From Obrimoposthia wandeli (lineage: Eukaryota), in contig CDROCS010000864.1 in NCBI GenBank assembly GCA_977020255.1, forward strand, positions 1 to 64,000: a stretch of 64,000 nucleotides of DNA, given 5' to 3'. Shown here piece by piece: positions 62,001-64,000 of this stretch (the first letter of the stretch is position 1; each line of letters opens with the position of its first letter). A program made the position numbers and the translations under genes. The notes below the pieces were generated by a model. The model ran no database searches. It worked only from the letters and a program-made list of their open reading frames with translations, and was not told the DNA's origin.

Positions 62001-62033
62001 AAAAACGCCTGATACACTGTATCGGGCGTTTTT
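62001..62033 (+). terminator. Terminator closing the ter cluster
   Basis: AAAAACGCCTGATAC-ACT-GTATCGGGCGTTTTT. Confidence 0.85.
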
Positions 62034-62177
62034 AATTGCAAAATAAAAACGCCGATGGTGACTGTTTATTTCATACAAGGATGTAATCGGATGTTACCAT
62101 TTATTTAACATATGTTATAAAGTTTAGCTGGAAAATAAATCCACAATTTTAGATTAATAAAAGAAGAGAACACGCTT

Positions 62178-64000
62178 ATGACTTCAACCCTAAAACCTTT
62201 CATATTGCTGCTTGTCAGTGGTTTTTTACTCATGCTTGGTTATGGCTTGAGTAACATTCTGTTGCCTGTTCGCATGCAAAATGACGGTATTAGCGTCGAT
62301 AACATCGGTATCATCTTATCTATGCTGTCAGTCGGGTTCTTACTGGGTGCAATCTATAGCCGCACGCTATTGCAGCGGGTTGGTCATATTCGTATATTTG
62401 CCATGTGCGGCAGTTTAACTTCGGTGGCGATCTTACTTTCAGGTTTATATCCAGAACCACTCATGCTCGCGGCGATGCGCATGCTGACGGGATTTTGTAT
62501 GGCCTGTGCCAATGCCACGCTTGATAGTTGGTTAAGCCACAGCGCGACTGAAGAAAGCCGTGGACGCATATTATCGATTAACCAGATGGTGATCATGTCG
62601 GCGCTTTTCTCTGGGCAGTTTTTATTAAACGTGGCTCCGATCAGCGACGTTACCTTGTTTATTATTGCCGGTATTTTATTTAGCCTTTCTATCACCCCAA
62701 TCGTGATCAGCAAACAACTCGGGCCGCAGATTGAAGACAGCCAGTCGATGTCCTTAATGACCATTATAAAGCTATCACCGCTTGGGGTTATCTGTTGTTT
62801 TTATGGTGGTTTTTTGTATGCAGGTTTAGTTAACATGCTGCCTATTTTTGCCAGCGACAACGGTATTCAAGGTTTCAGTTTATCTATATTCATGGGGGCA
62901 TCTATTTTTGGCGCCATCGTATTCCAATATCCAATAGCTTATTTATCTGACCGTTTTGACCGTCGTAAAACCATGATAGCCATGGTCTTAATCATTGCGG
63001 CTTTGTCTTTACTGGTACCGTTGTTGATTAGTTCATCGCAGTTTAATCTCACCTTGTTAACGATTGCGGTCGTGATGGGACTCACAGCTTGTCTTTACCC
63101 GATGAGCATGTCAGAAACCTTCGATAAAGTATTAAGAGAACAGATCCTAGCGGCAATGGGCTCCTTGCTGCTGATTTATGCTTTGGGCAGTATTCTGGGA
63201 CCCAATCTCGCGTCTATCGCCATGAACATGTTTGGCAGTGCCGCATTATTTTCATTTACGAGCATAACGGCCATTACCTTACTGGCGTTGATTATCGGTA
63301 ATATGCTTAAGCAAACCGCATTACCCCGTGATGAACAAGAAAACTTTATCATGCAAACGCCCTCCGGTGTGGCATCAGAACTGGATCCCCGTACTCAGTA
63401 TGCACAGCCTTCTTTCGAGCAAACCTCAGAAGTTGAAGTAGCGATTAGTTTAGCCGCTAAAAATCCTGCTGCCGCCGTCAACATGGCAAAATCATTGGCC
63501 ATGCGCGACCCCAATAATGCCTCGAACTTAGCGGCTGCATTAAGTACTATTGATGAAATTGATATTGGCCGACTCTATCAAGCAATCACCACGGCCGCGC
63601 CAGGCATGAGCATTCACATTGCCGAAGCGTTAACCAATGCCTCGCCAGAACAAGCCGATGAATTAGTTGACTGGATCACCACCGAGCGCCCCGACCAATT
63701 TACCAGTATTATTGTCGCTATCGCCAATTCAATGCCAGACAACGGGATTAATATGATGGAAATCGCCGCTGAGAATATGGTTGAAGATCATCAAGACGAG
63801 CTACTCGAAATGACAGATCAATACATGACCAGTCTATCTGATTCATTAGATGATATGCGTCCTGTCGATCGTGCAGCTGCAGCAAGTGAGCAAACTGCAA
63901 CTGAGCTGTATAGCCGTTTAACCGATGTATCCCCTACCCAATCCGCCGACTTCGCCTTGGCGGTATCGGAAGCATACCCAGAATCATCTAACGTGGTAGC
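62178..64000 (+). CDS. YcaD-like MFS transporter with long acidic helical-repeat C-terminal extension (3' partial)
   Basis: My translation from ATG 62178: RVGHIRIFA, LSDRFDRR, ELDPR; frame open to window end; absent from the ORF track. Confidence 0.88.
   Translation, partial: MTSTLKPFILLLVSGFLLMLGYGLSNILLPVRMQNDGISVDNIGIILSMLSVGFLLGAIYSRTLLQRVGHIRIFAMCGSLTSVAILLSGLYPEPLMLAAMRMLTGFCMACANATLDSWLSHSATEESRGRILSINQMVIMSALFSGQFLLNVAPISDVTLFIIAGILFSLSITPIVISKQLGPQIEDSQSMSLMTIIKLSPLGVICCFYGGFLYAGLVNMLPIFASDNGIQGFSLSIFMGASIFGAIVFQYPIAYLSDRFDRRKTMIAMVLIIAALSLLVPLLISSSQFNLTLLTIAVVMGLTACLYPMSMSETFDKVLREQILAAMGSLLLIYALGSILGPNLASIAMNMFGSAALFSFTSITAITLLALIIGNMLKQTALPRDEQENFIMQTPSGVASELDPRTQYAQPSFEQTSEVEVAISLAAKNPAAAVNMAKSLAMRDPNNASNLAAALSTIDEIDIGRLYQAITTAAPGMSIHIAEALTNASPEQADELVDWITTERPDQFTSIIVAIANSMPDNGINMMEIAAENMVEDHQDELLEMTDQYMTSLSDSLDDMRPVDRAAAASEQTATELYSRLTDVSPTQSADFALAVSEAYPESSNVV

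Noticed and set aside
841-62764. Many 60-150 aa ORFs in the track overlapping larger genes (for example 36730-37179, 48976-49410, 55767-56204, 40206-40595)
   Set aside because: Antisense or out-of-frame shadows of well-supported genes, with no motifs or RBS

Overview
Chromosomal window from an AT-rich marine-type gammaproteobacterium (Moritella/Psychromonas-like by inference from gene content; not confirmed). Core metabolic blocks: L-lactate utilisation (lutABC plus divergent lactate permease), Fe-S/FAD D-lactate dehydrogenase, deoC, nudC, nagE-nagBAC, FMN riboswitch-ribB, ybbAP/tesA, SOS-boxed polB, aqpZ, tpx and a RecQ-family helicase. Accessory material: (i) a two-gene trypsin-like protease cassette flanked by a duplicated terminator and carrying an internally deleted group IIC intron; (ii) a 145-bp MITE-like element; (iii) an islet with a PAS-GGDEF gene, a decayed metallophosphoesterase and orphan genes; (iv) a Ter-type stress cluster (TerZ/B/D, HAD, PRTase, StiP-like, second HAD, Ca2+/cation antiporter) behind a sigmaE-like promoter. 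Two genes (ybiT and a SutR-like regulator) appear to need non-canonical AUC/AUU start codons. The last gene is an MFS transporter fused to a strict 15-residue helical repeat. No tRNA, rRNA, CRISPR array or transposase was seen.
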